Source: Monocercomonoides exilis PA203
Taxonomy: Eukaryota; Protista; Preaxostyla
Direction of reading: 5' to 3'
DNA length: 64,000 nucleotides
NCBI GenBank assembly: GCA_001643675.2
Contig: LSRY02000001.1
Span: 2,604,001 to 2,668,000, forward strand
The position numbers were made by a program, and so were the translations under genes. Position 1 is the stretch's first letter, and each line of letters begins with the position of its first letter. The notes below the pieces were generated by a model that saw nothing but the letters and a program-made list of their open reading frames with translations, ran no database searches and was not told the origin of the DNA. Positions 49,578-61,000 of this stretch are shown here, one piece after another.

Positions 49578-51989
49578 TATTAATAATAATTTCTTTGAAA
49601 AATTTTGATCAAAAAATTCCAAAAAAAATTGTGATCAATGTTTTGATCGCAAAAAAAATATGTAGCGAAACTCCGCCTAAACCTCATGAAACGTTCCCAA
49701 TGTGATGCTGAGGCTGTAGAAGGGATGAAAAACCACATGCTCGCTGTACCAAACTTGGTGTGATTAAACTATTATCTTTTCATAGAAAATAACCTGCTTT
49801 TTTGGATCATTTCAGTCATTGCTTTTCATGAATGGAATAGATCCCAATCAAAATGCAATATATTATGCACTATCAAATAATGCATATATGCACCAATTTT
49901 GAACGTGATCGGTTTGTCCAATTTAGAAATAATGTTGAATAAAATTATTTCCTTTTCCAATTATTGATATGTTTTTAATATGCAATAACAATAAGGGTTA
50001 GGGTTAGTTATACGTCGGAATTTTTAAATAAAACTCTGGAAAGAAACTGAAAATAATAATTAGAAATAAAAACAGATAAAATAAGTCCCATATTTTTTGT
50101 ATTTCAATTATCATTAATCAATTATTAATTTTATTCCTGCACAGGTGAAACTGTCTGCCTTTTGCAATTCTTGTTTTTAAAGATTTTTTTGCGATGTTTG
50201 AAAAGCAAAAATTATTTAAAAACTTTTCCATGGATCGTTTTTTCGAGAAAAATTTTGTTTCTCGCAAAAAAAACTATTATAAAAAATGAACCATTAATAT
50301 GAGTGTTTTTTCAAAAAATTAGCAATAACTGATATTTTTGAAATAATAAGTTGATGAAAGGTCATCAATTGTTGTATTAACCTTTTGTATCAAGGAATTT
50401 TTGAGAAATAAAATACAAAATAAAAATAAATTGAACGATAAAAATTATTAGATCAATCCCTCAATTATATTTTAAAAATCCACATAATGGGACAAAATTT
50501 TTTGCTGTATGAATAATGTTCCACAAAGTCCTTACAAAGATTTTTTTCGACTTTTTCATATTTCAATATTTAACGGTGCACAGTTATGTCAGAATGAGAT
50601 CTATAATTGCATAAAAAGTTTGTTACAAATCATTATCTTTTTCATTAATGAAAGAATTCAGTACCAAATAAGAAATAACTTTCTTTCGTCATGAATTGAA
50701 CCCCCGCTTGCGAACATAAGACAAATCAAATGGATAGATAAAATATTTAAGTTCACACTAAAAGATTATTTATATTTCTTTCTTTCCTTAATGAATTTTG
50801 ATTAAGATTATAAAGATGAAAATTTTTATGCAGCATGAGGACATACGCATGAAGCCATGGTGATCATGAAAAAGAAGCATTGGATTAACGCGTGCATGCA
50901 TTCTTTTTTAATAATTAACTGTATTTTTTCAAATTTTTTGACATTTCTTAATTAACATTGTATATTTTCTTATCAAACATGAAGAATGTTGTTGACAAAG
51001 CAGAGTTGAATGCAAAAGATTCTTCAAATTGCACAGGGAGAGAAGAAAAAGGAATTTTTCTGAATATTAAAAACAGAGAAAACTGGATACACATTTGAGA
51101 AGATTAAATTCTTGACTAACAATGCAAAATGGAGGAAATATAATTGTGATACGATCATCACAAAAAAAACATTTGAACGTATCACACCAACAACAATTGT
51201 TCAGATTACGACTTTTCGAACTTTAATTCTAAGTATATATAAGTCAAATATATTTGATTTGATAGAATAAAATGGAGATCTTTGAATCAACAATAGTTCA
51301 TTTGATGAAACATCCGCGTCACATTCCTTTTGATGTGAACATTTTTGGAGTGACGTGACGTGAAAGAAAAAAATATCTATCACTTATTAAAAATATAATT
51401 TTTGAAATTCAAAATCGAAATGAAAAGTGAAATAGATAAGTATTTCAACTTTATTAAATATAATTTTGGATGTCAAAATTCTAATTATTATTATCTTGTT
51501 GTTCATTTTTAATTCAATAAAATGAACAATGGGTTGCTTCGTGATCTTTTTTATGATATAATATCACGGCACTCGCGTCACTGCCTGTCACTGACGTGAT
51601 TTAAGTCAACTGTCCATTTTTTCAAATGTATGTGTTTTTAACTTGAAAAAATGTATTCATTAAAGTTTTCAACTTGCAAAAATTTTTGTTTTTATTGTTT
51701 GTGAATAATTTTCTTTTTCACAATTTTTCTATTATTATTTCTAAACATTTCTAACGTTAAAGCATGTTCTTCTCGTATATATGGAGCGGACAAAAGATAC
51801 GCCTATTAAACTCAAACAATAACAGGAGTTTAGAGGTTGAGCACAAGATGCAAATGGCAGGAAGAGGTGGATTGCGTGTGTTAAAATAAGCGTGGTGTGG
51901 TGGATATATATCAGCAGGCAGGGTACGTCGAAAAGTGCAGAGCATTAGCAATGCTGGTTGTGGTTATGGAGTTGCTTTTATTGGTGTAA

Positions 51990-52960
51990 ACGACGATATT
52001 TGAAAATGTGGATGGGAGATTGGGGTGGAATAAAGGATCTGTGCTTGGAGTTGAGGAGTGTGTGATGAGAGGGGAGGCGCAGAGCCAGAGCGCTCCGGAT
52101 GCGATCCTGTGGTGGAGATAGCGGGCGAAATTGGGTAGCACATCAGTGAGCGAGGCATTTGATTCTAGGAGCAGGAGCGGGCTGTGCAGGATGGTGTCGC
52201 AGCTGGTGCTTGTGGAGGAGTGAGAGTGCAGGGTGTGGAACATGAGCGTGGTGAACTCGTCGAAGGGCGGGATCGGGCAGCGCAGGGGCGTGGTGGTGGT
52301 GGATGGGGTGGAGATCGTGGACAACAATCTACTGATTGAAGGGGATCTGTCGGTGGTGCAGAACTATGTGCACAGTTGGAAGCAAAGTTGGAAGAAGTTT
52401 GCAGTACGGGGGCTGGTGTAATGCAGGCGGCACATCCAGTAAATTGTGCGGGTTGTAGCGGGAGCGAGCGAGTGAAGTTATACTGATTTGAAAACACAAG
52501 GCAGAACACGGAGCGGTTGGAGTACAGGAGGATCGTGTGGGATGCAATTGAAAAGAATGGGGTGGGGGAGGTTGTGTAAGCTCATGTGGTGTATTCAAGC
52601 GAGGAGCTGGCTGTGGAGGAGCAGGCAGGGTAAAAAGGATCAGAGTGAGGGCAGGGGAAGGAGGCAAAGGATCTGGGAAAATTCAACTCGACATCAGCAA
52701 TTTCGCTGAAAAGGAGAAAAAAAAGGGAGGGCTGTTGGCGGGGCCTGTTTGAGCTGTATGTGTGGACAATCATTCATCATGTTGTGGTGAGTGCGGTGAG
52801 TGTGATAGTCGTGGTGGTGATTGTGGTGTGCCGTGTGCGGTAGCTGTGGCAAGGGAAGCAGCAGCAGAGGTGGCTTGTGCAACCTAAGGAGATGGAAGAG
52901 ACAAAGCGAAAGAACAAAGTGTGGAGTGGATGCTCCGAAAGCATTAAAAGAATTGAAGGT
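51990..52960 (+). pseudogene. GC-rich decayed paralogue of the membrane-proximal part of the large surface protein family
   Basis: WNMSVVNSSKGGIGQRRGVVVVDGVEIVDNNLLIEG resembles KYVTIMNASQGGLSVSAGDVTIEKGEFLNNNPFIEK. A TM-like IVVVVIVV remnant lies near 52800; many stops. Confidence 0.55.
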
Positions 52961-53920
52961 GGAGCTGGAGAAGAAAGTGGTGAAGAAGGACGGAGGTTTG
53001 CAATGGAAATGAAAAAGGGAATGGAGGATGTGGGAAGAGAAAAAAGGAGGGGAAGTGTGGGGTTTGGAAAGAGGAAGAAAAGTCATGTCACCTTATCCGG
53101 ACACTGAGCATAACGAGTTTTGAAGCCTACCGATTAGGTTGGTCATTCAGGGATGCGGCCAAATGAAAAGGTGAAAATTCACTCAAACCGGATAATGTCA
53201 TTCACCTCAAATGTTTTTGTTAGATGTGTGTCTTTTGTTAATCAAAGAAAGAGTTTGACATCACCAATTCATGTCGCAATTATAAATCTTTCACTTTATC
53301 ATTACGAATGACTTCAATGAAGGAATTATTCTTTATCATTTTTTTATCATTGAAAAAACAATCGATGAAACATTTTCTTTAATTCAGCTTTAATACAACG
53401 TTTGCATTGAATCAAGAGAGATAAAATGAAAGCAAGAACATTCCTGATGGTATTTATCATGAGAAGCTTCGAATTCTTCACTTTATTCGTTTTTTGGACA
53501 ACACAATCACATTCATTGAAAGTGGTTTAATTAAAAAGCGGTTATTTCCTTTGCCATAAAATTCATAATTATTTGAAATAAGTTTCAATAATATTCCTAT
53601 TTTTTTTGAAATTTGTTATTGAAATAACATCGAAATGAAAAAAATGGATTCAGAAAAAATAATGAAAAAGAATGAAAAACATGAATAAGAAAATTAAATG
53701 TGAAAAATAAATAAAAATTTTATTTGTTGTATTTTTCTTTTTCTTCTCTTTCTTCTTTTTTCATTAGATTTCTCCATCTGTCATAACAATCTGAAGCAGT
53801 TTTGTTTTCAGGAAGTTCACAAATTTCATTCCACTCTTCTTTTTTATTTCTATTTTTTCACAAAATTTTATCTTCTTCTTTTGTCCACATTTCATTTTTT
53901 TTTCCGTTTTTATCTTTTTC

Positions 53921-54274
53921 TCATTTCTCCAATTTATGTTTCGTCAAACTTTGTTTCTCCATATGAACTTGATTTTCTCTCACAAACATTTTCACAAAGG
54001 TTTTCTCTTTCATATATGTCCAAAAAATCTCCACTATATCATCAAAACAAGAAGGATCCAATTTCAAAATAAATATCAAATCTTTCCTCCTAACTTCAGC
54101 TCTTGCATTCGATTTGATTGATGAAAAGAAACGGGATGTTGTTTTCTCGCAAAGAGGTTCATATTTTTGTTTTGCTTTTTCCTCCAAATTTGCTTCTTCC
54201 TTTGTGTATTCAGAAAGAGCAAGTTGAAACAAGTGTATACACGTATCTGTTGAATTGCGAATTCCTTCTCTCAC
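53921..54274 (-). CDS. Short ORF directly downstream of the tyrosine recombinase, function unknown
   Basis: 117-aa non-low-complexity ORF, co-oriented with the recombinase. Confidence 0.3.
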   Translation of the reverse strand: MREGIRNSTDTCIHLFQLALSEYTKEEANLEEKAKQKYEPLCEKTTSRFFSSIKSNARAEVRRKDLIFILKLDPSCFDDIVEIFWTYMKEKTFVKMFVRENQVHMEKQSLTKHKLEK

Positions 54275-54430
54275 TTTTCAATTTGTTAAAAATTTATTGA
54301 ATAAAAATTTAAAAAGTGTCGTATAATAATTCTTCTTCTGTGTCCGAAGTTAGATTCTGTGATAATTTTGAATTGTCAGCATTCTCTTATCAACAAATGA
54401 CTTTTTTTCCTTCTTTTTTCCAATAATATT

Positions 54431-55180
54431 TCATGTTGCAATTATTGTTCTTGTCGCAACTCGTTTGACATATGTCATTTCAGATTTAGAGAAAGGAATA
54501 CACCCTGCAATCAAAGCACACGTTTCCAACACTGCATCTCTTTCCTCTCTATTCACTCCTGCCTTCAAAATTGCTGAGTACAGAAAACAACTCCGAAAAG
54601 AATGAAATCCAAACTCTTCTGGAGGAAATCCCGCAAGCTCCAATCTTTTCTTCAACCTTGTCCTCATTTCTTCAGTTCCATATGACCATAACAGTTTATC
54701 ACCATTTTCCTTCAAAGGCCACAACTTTTCATTGTATAAATCCAAACCAAATTTGTTCAGAATAAACTTTCTCAACCAATAAACAGCATCAAGAGATTTG
54801 TCTTCCTCAGATAATTTTTCTAATGTCACAGGATGATAACAATTTGATGATCCTTTGCACCTCATTAATCGAACATTTACAAATAATCTTCCATCATCCT
54901 CTTTCACTTCTTTTCTAATGTCACACAACCAAACATTTCCGCACGTAATTGCTCTTGCTCCAACATGAAGAGCAAATAAAAATAATGATGCTTCCTCCGC
55001 CTTCCCCTCAAAACAATCTGGAATGCTTTCAATCAAGAACTTCACGTCAAACGTCACAAGAGGTTGTTTCCCTTCTCCTCTATGTTTCAATGATTTATCC
55101 CTTCTCAATTCCATTATAGTTTTGTTTATTTGGGTCATTATTTTTGAAAGCATGCAAGTTCTGTTAAAATTTTCGGTCAT
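54431..55180 (-). CDS. Tyrosine recombinase/integrase catalytic domain (Crypton/DIRS-type), probably decaying
   Basis: Box I FLFALHVGAR, K in RCKG, box II FGFHSFRS, then AGC in place of the usual (A/G)G(H/W), then nucleophile Y in SEMTYV. The frame continues ~26 codons past the TGA, which suggests a premature stop. Confidence 0.8.
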   Translation of the reverse strand: MTENFNRTCMLSKIMTQINKTIMELRRDKSLKHRGEGKQPLVTFDVKFLIESIPDCFEGKAEEASLFLFALHVGARAITCGNVWLCDIRKEVKEDDGRLFVNVRLMRCKGSSNCYHPVTLEKLSEEDKSLDAVYWLRKFILNKFGLDLYNEKLWPLKENGDKLLWSYGTEEMRTRLKKRLELAGFPPEEFGFHSFRSCFLYSAILKAGVNREERDAVLETCALIAGCIPFSKSEMTYVKRVATRTIIAT

Positions 55181-56651
55181 TTTTCATGTTTCGTAAAATT
55201 GTTGAATTTTCAAATATAACAACAAGTATATATAAAATTTATGTTAAAAACAGTTTTTTAAAATTTATTGAGTGAGCATTTGCTATTTTGAAACACAAAA
55301 GTATTTTTTTTGCTCATTTCACTAAATGATCATATTATTCCATCATTTTCATGACACTTCTGTTTAACTTTAGGTAATAATAATATTTTCGTGAGAAAAA
55401 AGAAAAGTGAAAAAACATTATCTATCGTTTTCTCATTAAAAATTTCAGCAATTATTTTTCTGATCATAATAAAACATTCGATATTGTTTATGTGAAGAAT
55501 TGACGGTCACATGATATTCAAAAATAGCATTGAAGATAGCAGTTCGATGAAAAAATAATAGCTTGTTTTCAATATTAATTCAGTTTGTTCTTTGTTTTTA
55601 AACAATACAATATCAAAATTTTGCAAACCCAAACACTTGATCGTGAATTTTTCATCAGATAAATCTGTGCAAAATATGATGATCTTTTCAAATATCTGTT
55701 CTGTTTCAGAACATCTTCTACGGAAATGTATTCACATACAAATAAATAATTTGATGCAAAATGTTCAGCGTAAGCATTCATGCTATTAATTTCATGGAAT
55801 AACAAAATTGTCAAAGGAACAATGTGAATTTTCTACGATGCAAGAAACATTTCTCTTTTTCTGTATTTCGTCATTCTGATAAAGGAAAAAATTTAGCAAA
55901 AATTCAAATTTTCTTTACACCGCTATTTCACGTTCTTATCAGCCAATAACACAATCCTTTCATTTGATTTCTCATTTTGCTATAAACAATTCGAAAGTGT
56001 CTCAAACCGCGGTTATTATTTGCTTCAAGTTTTGCTGTGTGAAAATGATTTCAAAACGGTTTTAAACTCTAAATATTCCGATAAATTGATGAAAACAGTT
56101 TCTGATTGTGTTTCACTATGGTAAAGAATTTTTTAACTGAGTGGATTCAAGAAGCTCATCATCACTTTGCAAGTGAAGCAGAAGATTCAGTGAAATCACC
56201 CAGAAGAAACAATACGGTTTCTGAATATAAAGATTTTGGGAATGCAACACACATCTATTACAAAAAAAGAGCACTGAATCAATATACAAATATAAAGATA
56301 ACACATAAGTCAAATATTTCATTTTGAACATTCTAAACATTACTGAAACAGTGAAAGCCTTTCAGAGAATATATTTTCTTTTATTCAAATGAAAACATCA
56401 TATGTTTTTTATTCTTTATCGAAAAATAATAAATCACATTCTCTCAACAGTTATTTTATTTTTGCATGAACAATATCTCCAAAACTTTCGAAAAATACAG
56501 ATTTTAAAATTTTTTGGAAATAAATGAATACAAAAATATTTAAATCAAAAATTCCGGCCGAAAAAGTTAATACAAAACAAAACAAAATTATCAAATAATA
56601 AACTTTCATTTAATTTTGAATTGGTTCAAAAATGACTTATCAAGCGTTTGC

Positions 56652-56740
56652 CCTGGGAGGCTGATTCTGGACCCAAAGCCTTCAAGGGACTGTGCTGGAC
56701 CGGTCACAGCACAGTCCCAGGACGGAATCAGCCTAGCCCC
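56652..56740. other. GC-rich nested inverted repeat (two 12-bp stems); candidate structured RNA or cis-element
   Basis: 56658-56669 pairs with 56723-56734 (one G-U) and 56686-56697 pairs perfectly with 56707-56718; the loop gaccggtca is itself palindromic. Confidence 0.6.
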
Positions 56741-56907
56741 TTCATTTTCTGCACACAGCAAAAAAACGGGGGTACTTAAATTTTTTTTGGAAAAATAATC
56801 CAAAAAAATTTAAGCTTGAGCAACAAACAACTTGAAAAGTCCATTTTCAAAACAAAGACAAAATTATTCGAAAGCAGAATACAACAAATCGAATAACTTT
56901 GATAAAA

Positions 56908-58081
56908 CTAATTCAAAAAACAACAGTGTTTTTTTCTTTCAGCGAACAATTTTAACGTGTTGCTTCCAATTAACTCAACTTGTGGAACAGACTCACGAAT
57001 TGAAAATTGTTTTTTATTTTTTTCATCTCTCACCCTTTCCTCTTTAAAATTCATCTTTTCATCCCCTCTTGAATTCGATGGAGAAGCAACAGATCTGTAA
57101 ATATTTTCATTTCGCTTTTCGTAAAATAAGAAGGTTTTCAATGCATCTGCCTTTAGCTTTTTCCAAAGAATTTTATTAGAAGCGTTGTATCTGAAAAAAT
57201 ATATTATTGAAAAAAGAAATAAGATCAACAATCATCAAAATAAAAAATAAAAAAATATTGCAACCTTAAAAAATACCGATATGTATTTTTTTGTTCATTA
57301 AGGTCAAAATCTTTCAGTGAATGAGAGTTGTGTGTGATCTTATTGAAAAAATCAATTTGTTCATCTATATTATTTATTGAGATATCATTGCTCAACTCGT
57401 AATTTAGCAGACGTGTCAAACTCCCGAACTCGCCATCACACTCACATTTCCCATGTTTTTCACAAAAAAATGATAAAGTGGTGGTTTTATTTTTTGCAAA
57501 TGAAGAATTATTAGACAAAAGGAAATGAAGGAGTTGTGAATTGCGAAAGTGTGGTCCAGTGTCACACATGAAATGAAATGTGTTTGTTTGTTGAAGCATT
57601 GGCAATGAAAGAACGTTTTGCAAACACTCAATGGCAAATCGATAATCATGAGAGAGAATCTTTGAAAAGAAATTGAAAACGTGTTTTGTTCTGTTGTTTT
57701 TATCGTCCAAAACATAAACAATTACACAAAAGTGAGATGCACTTTCTTTGGAATAGAAATTTTTGCTCAGTTGATTTCTCCGAATTGGAAAAGTCCAATT
57801 TTCTTTAAAGTCAAATAGAATTAATGCTTCGTTTGGAGTTAAGTTGTTCTTCAAAAATCTGAAGTGACTTTGTTGATGAGATGCAAGAAGTCGATGATCT
57901 TCAATAAGTTGCATTGTCTCCTTTTCTTTTTCTGAAAGATCAGAATTCTTTGATTTGAGGTTGTCTCGTTTCTTTTGAAGAGAGGAATACATTTCGCATA
58001 AATGGCATAAATCTGTTCGACGTTTGGCCTGCTTAATATGTTTGGTTTTTTTATAAAATGTGCTTTTGGACATTTTTATAT
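56908..58081 (-). CDS. 3' part of a Sola-like (Sola2-type motifs) DDD transposase, with an intron at 57276(or 57264)-57191
   Basis: SKSTFYK...DLCHLC...H Zn-binding-like region; catalytic motifs LFDFKEN, MCDTGPHFRN and HGKCECDGEFG. A phase-2 GT-AG intron links to the 56908-57190 exon. Confidence 0.8.
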
Positions 58082-61000
58082 GGGTGATTTTTTTTGATAT
58101 CATAAAATATTCCGACGTTTGATCAAAAATTAATTTCATTAAGGGTGAGGTGATAATAGTATTTTTTTATTGAAATTATACGGAAATGTCGTTTTATTTG
58201 AAGTTATTATTATTTATTAATAGACATTTTTTGTTGTAATATAGTTTTATTTCAAATTTTGAAAAAATAGAATAAACTCATCGAAAAAATTACGTTTCTT
58301 CAATAAAAAAAGCAAAACATCCTTTCAATCTTCAATAAAACATAAATACAATATTTTCCACAATATTATCATCCTAAAAATTAACGTAATAATATGTTAA
58401 GCGATGTCTTTGAAAAGAAATTTTAAATTGATTTTGATTATCAAAACATGTTTGTTAAAAACAATAAAATTTCAACAGTTTTTGCAATTGATTCGTCAAC
58501 CATCCTTTTCAGTTGTCTAATGTCCCTCAAATGCATTTTCTTTTGTGCATCTAAAAAATAATGAGGCTTTTGTTTTCTTTTCAAATCCAATCAGCTTCGT
58601 TAGAAATAACTATCTCCAATTTCATTCCCAATCCCTTCATCAAGCACATTTTCCATATGAATTCTCTCTCCAAACTCCACCGTTGTCCTGTATTTCGAGA
58701 TATCCCGCTTTTATTCATTTTCATTCATTTCCTCTGGCTGCCCTGAAAACAACACAAAAACAGTCAACTGGCAAATATTTATATAAAAAATAATAAATAA
58801 AGACCAAACTGCCCTTCGACTGTATTTTGTCAAACAGTTTCATTTCCACAGCCGTTATCATTCAAAAATCCAATCTCTTCATTTCAGTCTCAGAATGGTC
58901 TAATCGCAACATTGCAGCCTTCTCCACAAAATAATTCATATATCTCACTGGAGGGTCTTCTCAGCCCGTTCACATTGTGGTGGAAGTGAAGAGGTGTTTT
59001 TTCAATTTTTGGCATGATCATCTCCTTTAATAATATTTTCAAACATTCAAATCAATATTTGATGTTTATCTCATCAACACATGGCACAGGAGGGAAATGG
59101 GGCAGAGAAGAGATGGAAGAGGATTATTTGCAGCAGGGGGTGAGAGTTGAGTGTTCTTTTGAATGTTAATATTTCGAGAGAGATTTTTGAATGGAAGAAA
59201 TTCTGAGACAGATGGATGGGGAAGGAATAGGAGGAGATTTGGAGAAGATAATACAGTGAATATGTGGAGAAGTTGCTAAGGATGATGAAGTAGAGCTTAT
59301 TGTTGCTGGGAGAATATTTTTTTGGAAGAGAAGGAAAAGAGGGTAAAAGTTGGTGAGTAGAAGGAAATTGAGAAATGTAAGATCGGAAGAAGATTATTTT
59401 TTGAGAGGGGAAAAGAGGAAGAGAAGATTTTTTGAAGATGGAAATGGAAAAGAAAGGAAATTGAGAGATATTAACATTTTCTATTTTTTGAAGAGAAAGG
59501 AGAAAGTCACAGAAAGAAGGCAAATGACTTTGAAGAAATGAAGCTCTATTGATCAATAACAGTACATCAGACAATTATTTGCAATTTTAATTATTGTCTC
59601 ATTGCGAAGTTAACTTGTTAAATGCAATGTTTTATTCAGTAGACAACATCATATGAAGTCAAGAAATCTTCGCTAAAAAATATCATACGACAAATTTCAT
59701 GTTTCTCAATATATCTTCTTTTCCACATTCTCACTCATTTTCTCCCTCATTTCATTCATCGTCTTCTTCAAATTCTTAACTTCTTAAAAGTCTTCTCCTT
59801 TCCCACCAACTGTTCAATCTTCAACTTTGCGGTTATCTTATTCTTCAGCTCCTTCTCAAACTTTTTCAATGTCATTTTCACTCAGTTTACATTGGATCAT
59901 TCCATCTTCCTTCGAATGAATATGAGCTGTTCAATCAACAGCTTTATTAAACCCACCAAAAATCTAATCTTTTTGTTTCCCATTCCATACAGCAATATCA
60001 TGGCTTTCAATGCGTGCAGTAGAATTGTTTGATATACATCTGAAGTACTTTCCTCTTCTGCAGCTGCGCATCCCGCTTCGCTTTAGCACTTCGTACGGCT
60101 TCCTTGCGTTGGCAACGCTAACTGTGCAGAATGAGGTGAATAGACTTAGAAGAAGGAATGAGAATGCGATAGCGAAGGAGCTGTCAGGTGCATTGCAACA
60201 ATCCGCTCGCTTTACGACACCGCCAGGAAGCGAAGAGAGAGGAGAACAAGTCCAAATGGAAGAGACAAAGAAGGTTGATTTCAGAATCAAATTGAGGGCA
60301 GAGCAGAGGAAATGAAGACAACATGAAGAGCCAAAGGCGAAGACAAAGAAGAAGGAGAAAGGCGAGTTTTGCACGTACCAAATTGATGCTTTCGACACAA
60401 GGCTTGCACAGGCAGCAGCAGTAAGGAAGGTGCAGGTGTTGAGAAGTGAACAGCAGCAGATATCCTGCTCATTCGGCAGCACACTCTCATCTGCCTAGCT
60501 GCACTCTCAACACATCACAGCCTCCTCGACGATCTCCACTCCTCCTTTTTCTCTCTTGCTCCACACCCAATTATCTGCTTCTTCTGTTCTTGTTGGAGCT
60601 CCACTGAAGCTCCTCGCTCCTTCATCTCCAGCTACCTACTCCTCTTCACTCACACAGAAATCCCTCAACATATCTAGCCCAAGTACTGCCTTCTTTTCGA
60701 ATATGTCTTCTTCTTCTCCTTCATCTTCTTCTCCATCATCTATTTCTTCCTTCTCGCTGCCGCCTCTTGTGACTGTGCCAATCCCTCTTGTGATTCTCGG
60801 GAAGAGCAGATTGGACAATGTGGAAGTGTTTGCAAGCAGCAGCGTGTCAGCGACGAGGGATGTGTTTAAGCCACAGAGCATCTTCTGAACTGTGCAGCGT
60901 ATGTGGCTAGCCAGGGGATTCGGGTGGGTGGTGAGAAGGAGGGGAAGGAAGAGAAAAAGGAAGAGAAGAGGAGTACAAATGAGCTTGTGTGTGATAAAGA

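Noticed and set aside
49994-50007. Telomere-like AGGGTTAGGGTTAG
   Set aside because: Only about 2 units; too short to call an interstitial telomere.
56652-56740. Assignment of the hairpin as a hammerhead/HDV ribozyme, tRNA or H/ACA snoRNA
   Set aside because: Diagnostic cores (CUGAnGA/GAAA, HDV P3/L3, T-loop, correctly spaced ACA) were not found; kept as an unassigned structure.
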